In this document: one piece after another, positions 10,429 to 19,511 of the stretch
How the letters are laid out: the number at the start of each line of letters is the position of its first letter
Numbering within the stretch: position 1 is the stretch's first letter
From: an uncultured Methanoregulaceae archaeon
GTDB taxonomy: Archaea; Halobacteriota; Methanomicrobia; Methanomicrobiales; Methanospirillaceae
Length of the DNA stretch: 64,000 nt
NCBI GenBank assembly: GCA_963701095.1
Contig: OY969564.1
Coordinates: 192,001 to 256,000, forward strand
Direction: 5' to 3'
Notes under the pieces: generated by a model
Database searches by the model: none
What the model was told of the DNA's origin: nothing
The model's input: the letters and a program-made list of their open reading frames with translations, nothing else
Translations under genes and position numbers: made by a program

Positions 10429-10620
10429 TTATGGGTGTCTTTTTGTATTAATTTTTCTTGTTATATATCCCGCGACGCGGTTTCGGACGCGCTTGCTGTC
10501 GATCGAGGCTGAAGCTGAAAGCTGCTGCTTGTTAGCATCAAAGTTGTTTGAGAAGTACTCTCTCTGTGTGGTAAGGAGTGCGGTTCCGATGCTCTTGATA
10601 TACGATGGCTTTATTCCCAT
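10429..10620 (-). CDS. rps17e: 30S ribosomal protein S17e
   Basis: MGIKPSYIK...SKRVRNRVAGYITR. Confidence 0.95.
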   Translation of the reverse strand: MGIKPSYIKSIGTALLTTQREYFSNNFDANKQQLSASASIDSKRVRNRVAGYITRKINTKRHP

Positions 10621-10630
10621 GAATTATTCC

Positions 10631-11188
10631 TCAAAGTTCTATACGTATAATGCGGTTCGATAACATAATAGTATTGCCCGCTACAACGGTTGGGTTTTCA
10701 CCGAACAGGTGAACCTTTGCTAAACTTTCCGTGGTACCGGGATCCACGATCACCTCCGGCACACCTTTTTTGCAGCAGGCAGCAACACCCCAGTCCATCG
10801 AGCTGATACTGGAGGGTTGCAGTCGATGGTCAATCGTGCAGCACTCAAGAAACATATCTTCCAGGATACTTCCGGCCTCTTTGGTGTAATGGAGGGTCGC
10901 CGCACACCTTACATCCGGATTGAATTTCATTGCGGTGAGAAGCACTTTAGCCATTTCTGTATCGGCGCCAAACTCACAGGATCCTGCTGCCTGGACTGTG
11001 TTATTCTGTACGGTAAATCCACCAGCGACCGAGGCAACATCGGAAGTATCCCGGGCACCCCGGATGGCGTACCCGATGTTTGTACCGGCACCGGAAACCA
11101 GCACTGGTGCCAAGGATTCTGTAAGATGGGTAACAGCACGCGAAAGCTGCGCCAGCACGTCATTTCTCTGCTGCTCTGGACTGATCAT
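10631..11188 (-). CDS. ThiN-type thiamine-phosphate synthase domain protein
   Basis: NIGYAIRGA..DVA, FGA...AKVLLTAMKFNPDVRCAA, MDWG, PEVIVDPG motifs. Confidence 0.7.
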   Translation of the reverse strand: MISPEQQRNDVLAQLSRAVTHLTESLAPVLVSGAGTNIGYAIRGARDTSDVASVAGGFTVQNNTVQAAGSCEFGADTEMAKVLLTAMKFNPDVRCAATLHYTKEAGSILEDMFLECCTIDHRLQPSSISSMDWGVAACCKKGVPEVIVDPGTTESLAKVHLFGENPTVVAGNTIMLSNRIIRIEL

Positions 11189-11244
11189 GGTAGTATCTTC
11201 AATTGGATCCGGTTGGTTCTTATTCCCTTTCTTTGTCCCGGACG

Positions 11245-11823
11245 TCAGGTCAGCCCAAGATCTTCCCGAATCGCCATCAGGCCATTAATTGCAACGGCGT
11301 AAAACTCCGGTAATGGAAGGATGGATTCGATGAGCACGATGCGGCTCCGGTCACAACCTGCGGCAAATGACTTTTCTTTTGCTTTTTTTGTTACCGTTTT
11401 TACTGTTACGTCCGAGAGTTTACCGCCCTTTACAAGAGCACAGGCTATCACGAGGCCCGAGGTACTATCCGCTGCCTGAAGTGCAATCTCTACTGGCTTT
11501 TCATAGGTTCCCGAAAAAAGCATGTGGTTGTGTCGCTGGACAATCGACACTATTGCCGGATCGATACCTGCACCAATGAGGATATCAGCGCCTTTCTTCC
11601 CATGTAGTTGCATGTCGCCGTGAATAAGTTCGAAATCAATGTCATGCAGGACACCTATGGTTTCCCAGAGCCCGGCATCTTCCCCAAGCTTTTCAGCAAG
11701 TGCTTTCATCACCGCACCTGTTGCCAGACAATGGTTTATAAGCCCGGGTTCGTGCACATATTGGTTGAGTAACCCAATCATGGCAGAGCGTTCCATGGCC
11801 AGAGATGTACTCTCACGGAACAT
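11245..11823 (-). CDS. HD (HDIG) domain phosphohydrolase
   Basis: HCLA, GVLHDID, HG, HN, AAD, KSFAAG; start may be 11796. Confidence 0.85.
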   Translation of the reverse strand: MFRESTSLAMERSAMIGLLNQYVHEPGLINHCLATGAVMKALAEKLGEDAGLWETIGVLHDIDFELIHGDMQLHGKKGADILIGAGIDPAIVSIVQRHNHMLFSGTYEKPVEIALQAADSTSGLVIACALVKGGKLSDVTVKTVTKKAKEKSFAAGCDRSRIVLIESILPLPEFYAVAINGLMAIREDLGLT

Positions 11824-11868
11824 CAGGATAACGGCCTGTGGATATGCATATTACGGATTAACGCCAAA

Positions 11869-12054
11869 ATGGTTGAGATGGACGAACGACTGCTTGATGT
11901 TGTTATCGGCGTGATGGGCTTTGCTCTTCTGGTTATTCTTCTCGCAGTGCTCCCGCTTGCGATCAGCTCCGGGCCTGCTTACCTGATTGCCATTATCATT
12001 TTCATCCTGTTCCTCTCCGGGGCAGGCTATATGGTTAATGAAAAAATTGCATAA
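11869..12054 (+). CDS. Small two-TM membrane protein
   Basis: 61 aa with two hydrophobic segments; fills the intergenic gap. Confidence 0.65.
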   Translation: MVEMDERLLDVVIGVMGFALLVILLAVLPLAISSGPAYLIAIIIFILFLSGAGYMVNEKIA

Positions 12055-12070
12055 ACGATTGTAAATTTTT

Positions 12071-13162
12071 TTATTGCGTATTTGGATTGTTTGCAGGATC
12101 CGGTTTCTTCTCCACTGGTGCCGGTTTTCTCAGGGGCTTGGTTTTTTTCATTTTGTAGTAACTGAGAGGATGACTCACTTTCTCGCAGAGCGCGTCGCGG
12201 TGGACACACAGTCCGGTCGTCTGCATCGCAGCGCATGCGGGTGTTGTATATTCAGTCCCTGTTCCGCCGCGCCCGGTGATATGCTCGACTTGGTACAAGG
12301 TCTTCTCGATATCAAAGTCGGGCGAACGCGAATAGAGCTCTGCAATCCCGGTCGTATCCATGCCAATGTTATGAAGAAAAGCCGTTAACGAAAAGCGGCC
12401 GGCATGGGTGAGGTTAGTACCTGCCCCAAGTGCGTTAACAAGAGCCTGCATGCAGGGGGGAAACGCAGTTTCTTCAACTTTTCCGAACTGCCGGACCATC
12501 TGTTCTTGGTATACTTTCTTGATTTCCGCAACCTTTGGCGCAAGCTGTTCGCAGATATTTTTTGGCACCCGGTGAGGGAGGTCGCGGCGCTGGAGCACCC
12601 GGATCCGTTCACGTAAAAGATCGTAGCGTTCGTTTTTGTTGATTTTGACAAATCCTCGTTCCACATGCCGGTTGATAAGCCGGTAATGATCGTCATGTAT
12701 GGGTGCTATCAATTCGACGTAATCAGGGACCGGTATCCGGTCCTGGGAGATTCTGATACCCAGTTCATCGGCTATTGCGGTCCATAACCGGGAATATTCG
12801 CCTTCGTCCTGCGTGTACCTCGTGTTCCATTCTTCTTCGTTAACGAGGAAATAATAGCCCCGTTCGGCTTCATACCGCGTAAGCCGGTCAATAAGCTGTT
12901 TATCGTTAATACAGGATACGATGATTCGCGCAAGGGCATAAGCAGCAATTTCGTCTTCCGGCGAATCGATTACTTCGGGTACATGGTTTTTTTTCTTTGA
13001 GAGGGATTCCTGGATGCGATGGACTGCGGAAGAAATCAGTACCTGGCCTTTCTCTGTACCGAGAATTGTGCCTAGAGAAGAAAATCTGGATCTGATAAGG
13101 CCATGGGCATTTTTTAAAAACGGAAAATGGGAAAGTTCCTTGCCGGAAGGCACAAATTCCAT
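12071..13162 (-). CDS. priL: DNA primase large subunit
   Basis: FPFL, FPPC, NLTHAGRF, YQVEHI, Fe-S cysteines, HPLSYY. Confidence 0.93.
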   Translation of the reverse strand: MEFVPSGKELSHFPFLKNAHGLIRSRFSSLGTILGTEKGQVLISSAVHRIQESLSKKKNHVPEVIDSPEDEIAAYALARIIVSCINDKQLIDRLTRYEAERGYYFLVNEEEWNTRYTQDEGEYSRLWTAIADELGIRISQDRIPVPDYVELIAPIHDDHYRLINRHVERGFVKINKNERYDLLRERIRVLQRRDLPHRVPKNICEQLAPKVAEIKKVYQEQMVRQFGKVEETAFPPCMQALVNALGAGTNLTHAGRFSLTAFLHNIGMDTTGIAELYSRSPDFDIEKTLYQVEHITGRGGTGTEYTTPACAAMQTTGLCVHRDALCEKVSHPLSYYKMKKTKPLRKPAPVEKKPDPANNPNTQ

Positions 13163-13907
13163 TCAGTCAGCCTCAATCCGGGGTGCGAGCAGGTACTCCA
13201 CATGACCGTTGCCGCCCGCAATGTCAAAAGAGAACCTGACTGGATGATCAACGCCAAGACAAACTTCAACTTCCGAAGCCTTTGCCATGACTTTTCCCAT
13301 GTCTCGTAGGTAATCAAGGGAGAAAAGTGAGCGGGCCTCGACCGGGGAAAGGGATTTGAGCTCGTCTTTTCCGAATTCACGCTGGATATGATCGGTATCT
13401 CCTTCGGCAACCATGTAAAAAGTCTGTTCTTTGGGGTGAATGCCCATCGCGATTTTATCCGATATTACCGCGGCAGACTTTTATCGCATTGTTGAGGTCT
13501 TCACCGGAAATAACAACTTTTCCCGGGAGGTTGATTGTTGGCGAATTGGGGTCTTTTCGTATCGTGTTTGTGTCCAGGAGAGTGATTGAGTAATGGTACC
13601 CGTGGACACTGACTGCCATCTTCTGCGCATTGTCAGCGAGTTCGAGACTGATGAGATCGCCTTTCCCTCCCATATTGAAGATGTTCTTCATTTTCTGGAT
13701 ATCGACGCCAAGCTCGCTCTTGGTCGCCTTGAAGGTATCAAACGCCTCTTTTTTAAGCGTGAAGGCAATCATCGCGACGTTGGCGGTGTCAACGGCACGG
13801 GTGGAAATGCCATCTTCTGCAGTATGCAGCCGGCATTCAGGAACGAGTGCCGAAATCGCTTCAATGGCTTCCCGGAATATCTCTGCGTCAATGGTTGCTT
13901 TTAACAT
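13163..13907 (-). CDS. pcn: DNA sliding clamp PCNA; frameshift near 13477
   Basis: AVDTANVAM N-terminus and YLLAPRIE C-terminus in adjacent frames. Confidence 0.93.
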
Positions 13908-13999
13908 CTCTTTCCCCTTAACAACTGTCTTATACAGTATATCGTCATACTTTAATTATAGCGTTTTGGGTGAGAATACCGTTTTTCAGGTGATTTGGC

Positions 14000-14581
14000 A
14001 TGGGTTCGCAATGGTCACGGGATAAAGTCTATCTTCGGGCAAAAAGTGAAGGATTCCGATCCAGGGCATCCTTTAAATTAATCGAAATCCAGGAGAAATT
14101 TGCCGTTATCCGCCGGGACGATAATATTATTGACCTTGGTGCAGCGCCGGGGAGCTGGTTACAGGTCCTCCGCTCCCTTACCGACGCAAAGGTTCTCGGG
14201 ATCGATCTAAACCCGATTGCCACGCTTGATGGGATCGAAACTCTCGAAGGGGATCTCACCGACCCAATTATCCAGAAAAAGGCACAGGATATGCTTGGGA
14301 CGGTCAGTGTTATTGTCTGCGACGCAGCCCCAAAACTTTCCGGTCATAAGAGCTACGACCAGGCACGTGCCACGGCTCTGGGCGAAGAGGCTCTCGCCTT
14401 TGCCTGCAACGTTTTAAAAATTGGGGGGAATTTTGTGATCAAATCGTTCCAGGGTGCGGATTTTCCCGAACTCCTGGCAAGCGTTAGGAAACATTTCCAC
14501 GCCGTGAAAACGTATTCTGCAAAAGCAACCCGGAAGGGAAGCACGGAAATTTATATTATCGCAAAGAATTTCAAAGGCTGA
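14000..14581 (+). CDS. rlmE: 23S rRNA Um2552 2'-O-methyltransferase
   Basis: RSRASFKL, DLGAAPGSW, DAAP, K-D-K-E catalytic pattern. Confidence 0.93.
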   Translation: MGSQWSRDKVYLRAKSEGFRSRASFKLIEIQEKFAVIRRDDNIIDLGAAPGSWLQVLRSLTDAKVLGIDLNPIATLDGIETLEGDLTDPIIQKKAQDMLGTVSVIVCDAAPKLSGHKSYDQARATALGEEALAFACNVLKIGGNFVIKSFQGADFPELLASVRKHFHAVKTYSAKATRKGSTEIYIIAKNFKG

Positions 14582-14594
14582 AAACAAGATACCC

Positions 14595-15479
14595 ATGACC
14601 GAAACCCTCAGGGATTCCTACGGACGACCGGTGACAAACCTCCGTATAAGTCTTACGTCACGCTGTAACCTTTCCTGTATTTACTGTCATGCCGAAGGAG
14701 AGAAGAACCCGGATGCAGAGATGAACGCCCGGGAAATCATCAATGTGATGAATGTGGCGGCACAATTCGGCATACGGAGTATCAAATTTACCGGAGGTGA
14801 ACCACTCCTCCGTCCCGACCTTCTCGAAATCATACGGGCCGTTCCGGCGGATGTCGAATCATCCCTGACGACCAATGGCATCCTGCTCGCAGATATGGCC
14901 GGGGATCTAAAAAACGCCGGGCTTCGCCGGGTCAACGTCAGCCTTGACAGCCTGAATCACGATACCTACAAAAAGATCACGGGGAGCGACCGGCTGAATG
15001 AAGTGCTTGCCGGGATTGATGCAGCACTCCGGGCCGGTCTTACTCCGGTCAAAATCAATATGGTCGTCCTGTATGGGATCAATGACAGCGAAGTGGACGA
15101 TTTTATCAGGTATGTCCGGGGGAACCGGAATCTTGTCCTCCAGCTTATTGAGCTGATGCATTTTAACGACTGTGACTATCACGGCGATTTAGCCGGCGTC
15201 GAAGCAGTACTTGCCTCACGCGCAAGCCAGGTGCTTACCCGAAGGATGCATCACCGGAAAAAATATTGCATTGATGGTGCCGAAGTTGAGGTTGTGAGAC
15301 CGTTGCATAATACCGAGTTCTGCGCATATTGTAACCGGCTCCGCGTTACTTCCGACGGGAAACTTAAACCCTGCCTCCTGCGGGCCGATAATCATGTTTT
15401 GATCCGGGGTAAAAAAGGGGTAGAACTTGAAGCGCTTTTCCGGAGGGCAGTAGAAAAGCGGGAGCCCTTTTTCAGGTAA
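14595..15479 (+). CDS. moaA: GTP 3',8-cyclase
   Basis: CNLSCIYC radical-SAM motif, TGGEP, FCAYCNRLRVTSDGKLKPCL. Confidence 0.93.
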   Translation: MTETLRDSYGRPVTNLRISLTSRCNLSCIYCHAEGEKNPDAEMNAREIINVMNVAAQFGIRSIKFTGGEPLLRPDLLEIIRAVPADVESSLTTNGILLADMAGDLKNAGLRRVNVSLDSLNHDTYKKITGSDRLNEVLAGIDAALRAGLTPVKINMVVLYGINDSEVDDFIRYVRGNRNLVLQLIELMHFNDCDYHGDLAGVEAVLASRASQVLTRRMHHRKKYCIDGAEVEVVRPLHNTEFCAYCNRLRVTSDGKLKPCLLRADNHVLIRGKKGVELEALFRRAVEKREPFFR

Positions 15480-15481
15480 AT

Positions 15482-15503
15482 GCCGGATCATGCCGGCTTT
15501 TTT
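15482..15503 (+). terminator. Short hairpin plus T-tract after moaA
   Basis: GCCGG-N6-CCGGC followed by T6. Confidence 0.45.
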
Positions 15504-15558
15504 ATGATGTATGATAGTTACGGGGGTTTATTTACGATTCCTGCATATCTAGGATCGT

Positions 15559-16071
15559 ATGACTTCAGACCCGGAATACCTTCATGTTCTAACTCATCTT
15601 TACGAGAAGTCTCTCATTCTTCATGACACTTCGCTCTTCGACAAGACGTTATATTTCTATTTTGTCGATGCTATCGCACATATTGACTATACCTGCAGCA
15701 TCTACACGTTCAACTACCAGTCGCCGAAAAATATCATGGGCGCTGAGTATATGCGCTGGCGAGTCGACGAAGAAAAGAAAGGCGATAGGGTGCATTTCCC
15801 GGCATTTATGGTCTGGCTCAAGGAAAACAAACCTGAGAAATTTGCACGCCTTCCATCACTGTGGCAGATAATTTATGATCCCGAGGATCCAGCTAGTTAC
15901 CGAAGCTTCCGGATCGTCCCGGATCCTGATAGTAAACAGGGCATGCCACCCGGTTTTTTCATCGCCATTATCGACGAATTTTTTGACCAGGACTTCCTGA
16001 AGAGCCTGTATGAGGAAGCATCGCTTTCCCGGCTCTTTGGTGAATTTCTTGCTATAAGAAAAACTTCGTGA
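15559..16071 (+). CDS. Hypothetical protein
   Basis: 170-aa aromatic-rich ORF abutting the next gene; no motif recognised. Confidence 0.75.
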   Translation: MTSDPEYLHVLTHLYEKSLILHDTSLFDKTLYFYFVDAIAHIDYTCSIYTFNYQSPKNIMGAEYMRWRVDEEKKGDRVHFPAFMVWLKENKPEKFARLPSLWQIIYDPEDPASYRSFRIVPDPDSKQGMPPGFFIAIIDEFFDQDFLKSLYEEASLSRLFGEFLAIRKTS

Positions 16072-16086
16072 TGTGTGAATGTCGGC

Positions 16087-17277
16087 ATGCACCCCCAGCA
16101 GATCTGTTCAGATCTTGTGAAAATCCGGAGTGAGAACCCCCCAGGGAATACCTCCGGGGTTATCGAATATATCCGGTATTTCCTTGACGCTCTTGGAGTC
16201 CCCTCACAGGTTATCTGTTCATCCGAAGGAGGGTGTAATCTAGTAACAACGGGGACACACCGGCCTCTCCTCTTCTGCGGCCATGCCGATGTTGTCCCGG
16301 CCCTTGATGAGGGATGGACATACCCCCCGTTTTCCGGAATGATGAGGGGGGGGTACGTCTGGGGGCGGGGTGCTAGTGACATGAAAGGTGGCTGTGCGGC
16401 TATCCTGTCAGCATGCGAAAAGTGCGTAGACTCGTGTGGAAGCTTACCGGCATCCCTTGTTTTTGTGTGCGATGAAGAGACCGGAGGGGAAAGGGGAATC
16501 CAGTACCTGCTCGAAAAAAATGTTCTTTCCCCCTGCGACTGCCTGATTGCCGAACCGACGCCTGTCCTGCACCCGTGCATAGGCCAGAAAGGGCTCTGCC
16601 GGCTGGAACTGAAATTTACCGGGACCCCCGGACACGGGTCACTGTATCCAGTAGTTGGGGTAAGTGCCGTAATGGAAGCAATGCGGGTGCTCGATTATCT
16701 GAAAAACATTCACAAGCGGTCATTTCACATGGACCGGAAAATGAAGGATATACTCAAAACGTCAGCTGAGGTAATCTCTGAAGAATTCCGGATCGAAAAA
16801 GGGAGCGAGATACTCGAGCATGTGACCTTCAATCCCGGTGTTATTAACGGAGGAGAGAAGGTAAATATTGTTGCCCAGTGCTGCAGTCTTGACCTAGAGA
16901 TGCGTATTCCCTGGGGATGCAATATTCAGGACCTGGTCAATGAAATTATGGTGCAGGCTTCTCACGCGGTGTTAATGAAAGAAACACTTCACGAACCGTC
17001 CCTCACGGATCCTTTGTGTGATTTTGCATCTTTGGTTTGCCGGGAAGTGGGAAATGTACAGGAGGGACTGGCATCTCCCATTGTCCAGTGGGCGGCAAGT
17101 GATGCCCGTCACCTGCGATCTGCCGGTTTCCGGGTCATAGAATACGGCCCGGGTGAACTCTCCACACTGCATGGAACCAATGAAAGAGTTGCTGTTGAGT
17201 CACTGGTGAAAGCCGCAGTGATCTACGAAAGGATCATGCTGGCGTACGAAAGCAAAGTCCATCCCAATCGTGCTTAA
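16087..17277 (+). CDS. M20 (ArgE/DapE family) deacylase
   Basis: GHADVV, GRGASDMKGG, DEETGG, AEPT, SDARH, H-GTNE. Confidence 0.9.
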   Translation: MHPQQICSDLVKIRSENPPGNTSGVIEYIRYFLDALGVPSQVICSSEGGCNLVTTGTHRPLLFCGHADVVPALDEGWTYPPFSGMMRGGYVWGRGASDMKGGCAAILSACEKCVDSCGSLPASLVFVCDEETGGERGIQYLLEKNVLSPCDCLIAEPTPVLHPCIGQKGLCRLELKFTGTPGHGSLYPVVGVSAVMEAMRVLDYLKNIHKRSFHMDRKMKDILKTSAEVISEEFRIEKGSEILEHVTFNPGVINGGEKVNIVAQCCSLDLEMRIPWGCNIQDLVNEIMVQASHAVLMKETLHEPSLTDPLCDFASLVCREVGNVQEGLASPIVQWAASDARHLRSAGFRVIEYGPGELSTLHGTNERVAVESLVKAAVIYERIMLAYESKVHPNRA

Positions 17278-17315
17278 TTAATGAAATGAGAGATTCGTTT
17301 TCCTTTACACATTTT

Positions 17316-18320
17316 TTACCGGATCTTCCCTCTTCCAGGACGGTTTAGGATTATTGCGGCAGCTGCAAGCCCCGCGAAGACAGGAAAGAGGGACAAAGGA
17401 GAATACGTGGTCTTGATGGTAGCTGTTGCGGCGGCCGTTGTTTGTGGAACCGTAGTGGTCTGAACGATAGTTTGCTGTGTTTCTGTAACTGATGGCGTTG
17501 CAACAGTAGTCGGTGTCATTGTTGTCGGTGCTATGCCTCCAAGATACCAGGGGGCCAATGTTGGTTGCGGCGTGTTTGATGCAATTATAAGTTGTCCTTT
17601 CCCCATTGCGGCCTGTTTATTTGCCTGTGCTGCTGCATATGTGGGGTCAATGTTCAAGGCGGTGTTGAAGCAGTCTATTGCATCCTGGTACTGGCCGAGG
17701 GCGGCAAGTGCTTCTCCTTTATCATTCCAGATCTGTGCATCGGATGTCGTGAGTACGGTTGCTGAATTAAATGCATTGAGTGCATTTGCATATTGGCCGT
17801 TCGCCATGTAGAGTAGACCTATCTGGTTGTAGGCCAGAGGGTCGGACTGGTTGAGATTTGTGCATCGGGCATAGGAAGCGAGTGCCTGGTTTGTTTCATT
17901 CTCTTGGGCATACGAATAGGCAAGGTTGCAGTAAGCAGTGTACTGATTGTAAACAACGAGGGTATAATTCTGGTATGCACCGATAGCTTCGTTGTATTGG
18001 CCGAGGTAGAAGAGGGCATCAGCTTGTGCTCCAAGCGCAGTCGGGCTTGACCGTATAGCAAGCGCCTGGTTGGCAAATGAAAGGGCCTGCGAGTACTGGC
18101 CAAGTGCGTTAAGAGCAACTGCCTCCCCGGCCATCGCCGCATCATAGGTGGGGTTGAGTGCGATCGCGTTGTTATAATACGTAACAGCATTCGTATAATC
18201 ATGATTTGAGGCAGCATTCTGGGCTTTTGTGTACCAGTAAAGAGCATCCTCGGCGGTTACAGCGGGTACCAAAAAAATTACAATAAGAATCAGTATACCG
18301 ATCTTTGCAGTCATCTGCAT
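17316..18320 (-). CDS. Secreted TPR protein with Thr-rich linker and C-terminal membrane anchor
   Basis: Signal peptide, about six TPR units, T/P-rich stalk, YSPLS + TM + basic tail. Confidence 0.85.
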   Translation of the reverse strand: MQMTAKIGILILIVIFLVPAVTAEDALYWYTKAQNAASNHDYTNAVTYYNNAIALNPTYDAAMAGEAVALNALGQYSQALSFANQALAIRSSPTALGAQADALFYLGQYNEAIGAYQNYTLVVYNQYTAYCNLAYSYAQENETNQALASYARCTNLNQSDPLAYNQIGLLYMANGQYANALNAFNSATVLTTSDAQIWNDKGEALAALGQYQDAIDCFNTALNIDPTYAAAQANKQAAMGKGQLIIASNTPQPTLAPWYLGGIAPTTMTPTTVATPSVTETQQTIVQTTTVPQTTAAATATIKTTYSPLSLFPVFAGLAAAAIILNRPGRGKIR

Positions 18321-18391
18321 ATCCGAAAATGCTCCTTTAAAACAGATGAATCTATTGTTATTTTGAACTCACAGGCATTTGGCATAGATTT

Positions 18392-19498
18392 TTACGGCCC
18401 TTGTGGCGGACCGTTTTTGAATTTGTTACTGAATAAGATGGCGACAGTCCCACCAAGGATCGCCGTAATAAGAAACGCCGGGAAAAAACCGACTTCATTT
18501 GCAATTATCCCTGAGACGAAAGGAAGAATAGTCATACCGAGATAACTGGATGTCGAGAAAAGACCCATGATACAACCTTGGCGATCCTGCTCGCATGAAA
18601 GTACCGACATCTGAGCAACCATAACGATCCCGGCGAGAGCGCCAAGAATAATAAACCCCAGTGGTGAGACATAGGCAAGCAGGACACCGCCTATCATGAA
18701 TACTGCCGACCATTGGATTGCAGGTATGGGGGGAAAAGAAAACCGGCTGGCGATGAGAACCGAGATAATCGTCGCTACACTCATGCAAGCAATCCACAGA
18801 CCGAGTATATCGGCCGGTACACCGGAAAATGAAGGGTACAGCGAAGTTACGACGCCGGTGATACCTACAAGAATAATTGCAGAATACCATAATCTGTTCT
18901 TTGAAACGATAAGATCGATGATATTCCGGAACTCAAATCCTTTACAACAGATGGTTTCAGGAGCGTCTTCCGGAGAAGTGTCCCGGATACAAAGAGCAAT
19001 AATCAAAGCCGCAAGGGAAAGGATGGTAAACACACCGATTCCAAGTGAAGGTCGCACAAACAGGACGGCAAGCCAGCCTGATGCAATGAGACCGATAACA
19101 AGTCCCAAGTTGAGCATTGCGAGGTAATACCCGCTCATGCGGGTATGATCGGGCCGTGAATTGATGTACGACATCCCGGCAGCAATAAAAAAGCCGGCGC
19201 CAATACCTTCGACAAAACGGAGTACAATTACAGGGGTAGGCATTGTAGTAAAGAAAAGCAGACCCCCACTGATTACAGTAAGCGTGAGACCAGCAATGAT
19301 AATCCTCATCTTACCGTACCGGTCGGAAAGGATCCCGCCAGGCAGTGTCGATAAAAATGCTCCTAAAAAATATGCAGCATAAATGGCTCCTTCCCATGCA
19401 GGGCCGGAGGCAAAAGCCGGTAGAACTGGCACTATCGCATTGGAGAGTGCCATCACCGCAAAGACACCCAGGCAGACAACATAAAAGTGTGCCTTCAT
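18392..19498 (-). CDS. MFS transporter
   Basis: GGILSDRYGK motif A; about 12 TM segments. Confidence 0.9.
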   Translation of the reverse strand: MKAHFYVVCLGVFAVMALSNAIVPVLPAFASGPAWEGAIYAAYFLGAFLSTLPGGILSDRYGKMRIIIAGLTLTVISGGLLFFTTMPTPVIVLRFVEGIGAGFFIAAGMSYINSRPDHTRMSGYYLAMLNLGLVIGLIASGWLAVLFVRPSLGIGVFTILSLAALIIALCIRDTSPEDAPETICCKGFEFRNIIDLIVSKNRLWYSAIILVGITGVVTSLYPSFSGVPADILGLWIACMSVATIISVLIASRFSFPPIPAIQWSAVFMIGGVLLAYVSPLGFIILGALAGIVMVAQMSVLSCEQDRQGCIMGLFSTSSYLGMTILPFVSGIIANEVGFFPAFLITAILGGTVAILFSNKFKNGPPQGP

Positions 19499-19511
19499 TG
19501 AATGGCCCGGG

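Noticed and set aside
2940..13480. Programmed ribosomal frameshifting in ftsZ, dapA or PCNA
   Set aside because: No shared slippery heptamer or stimulatory structure; indels go in both directions, which fits sequencing error better.
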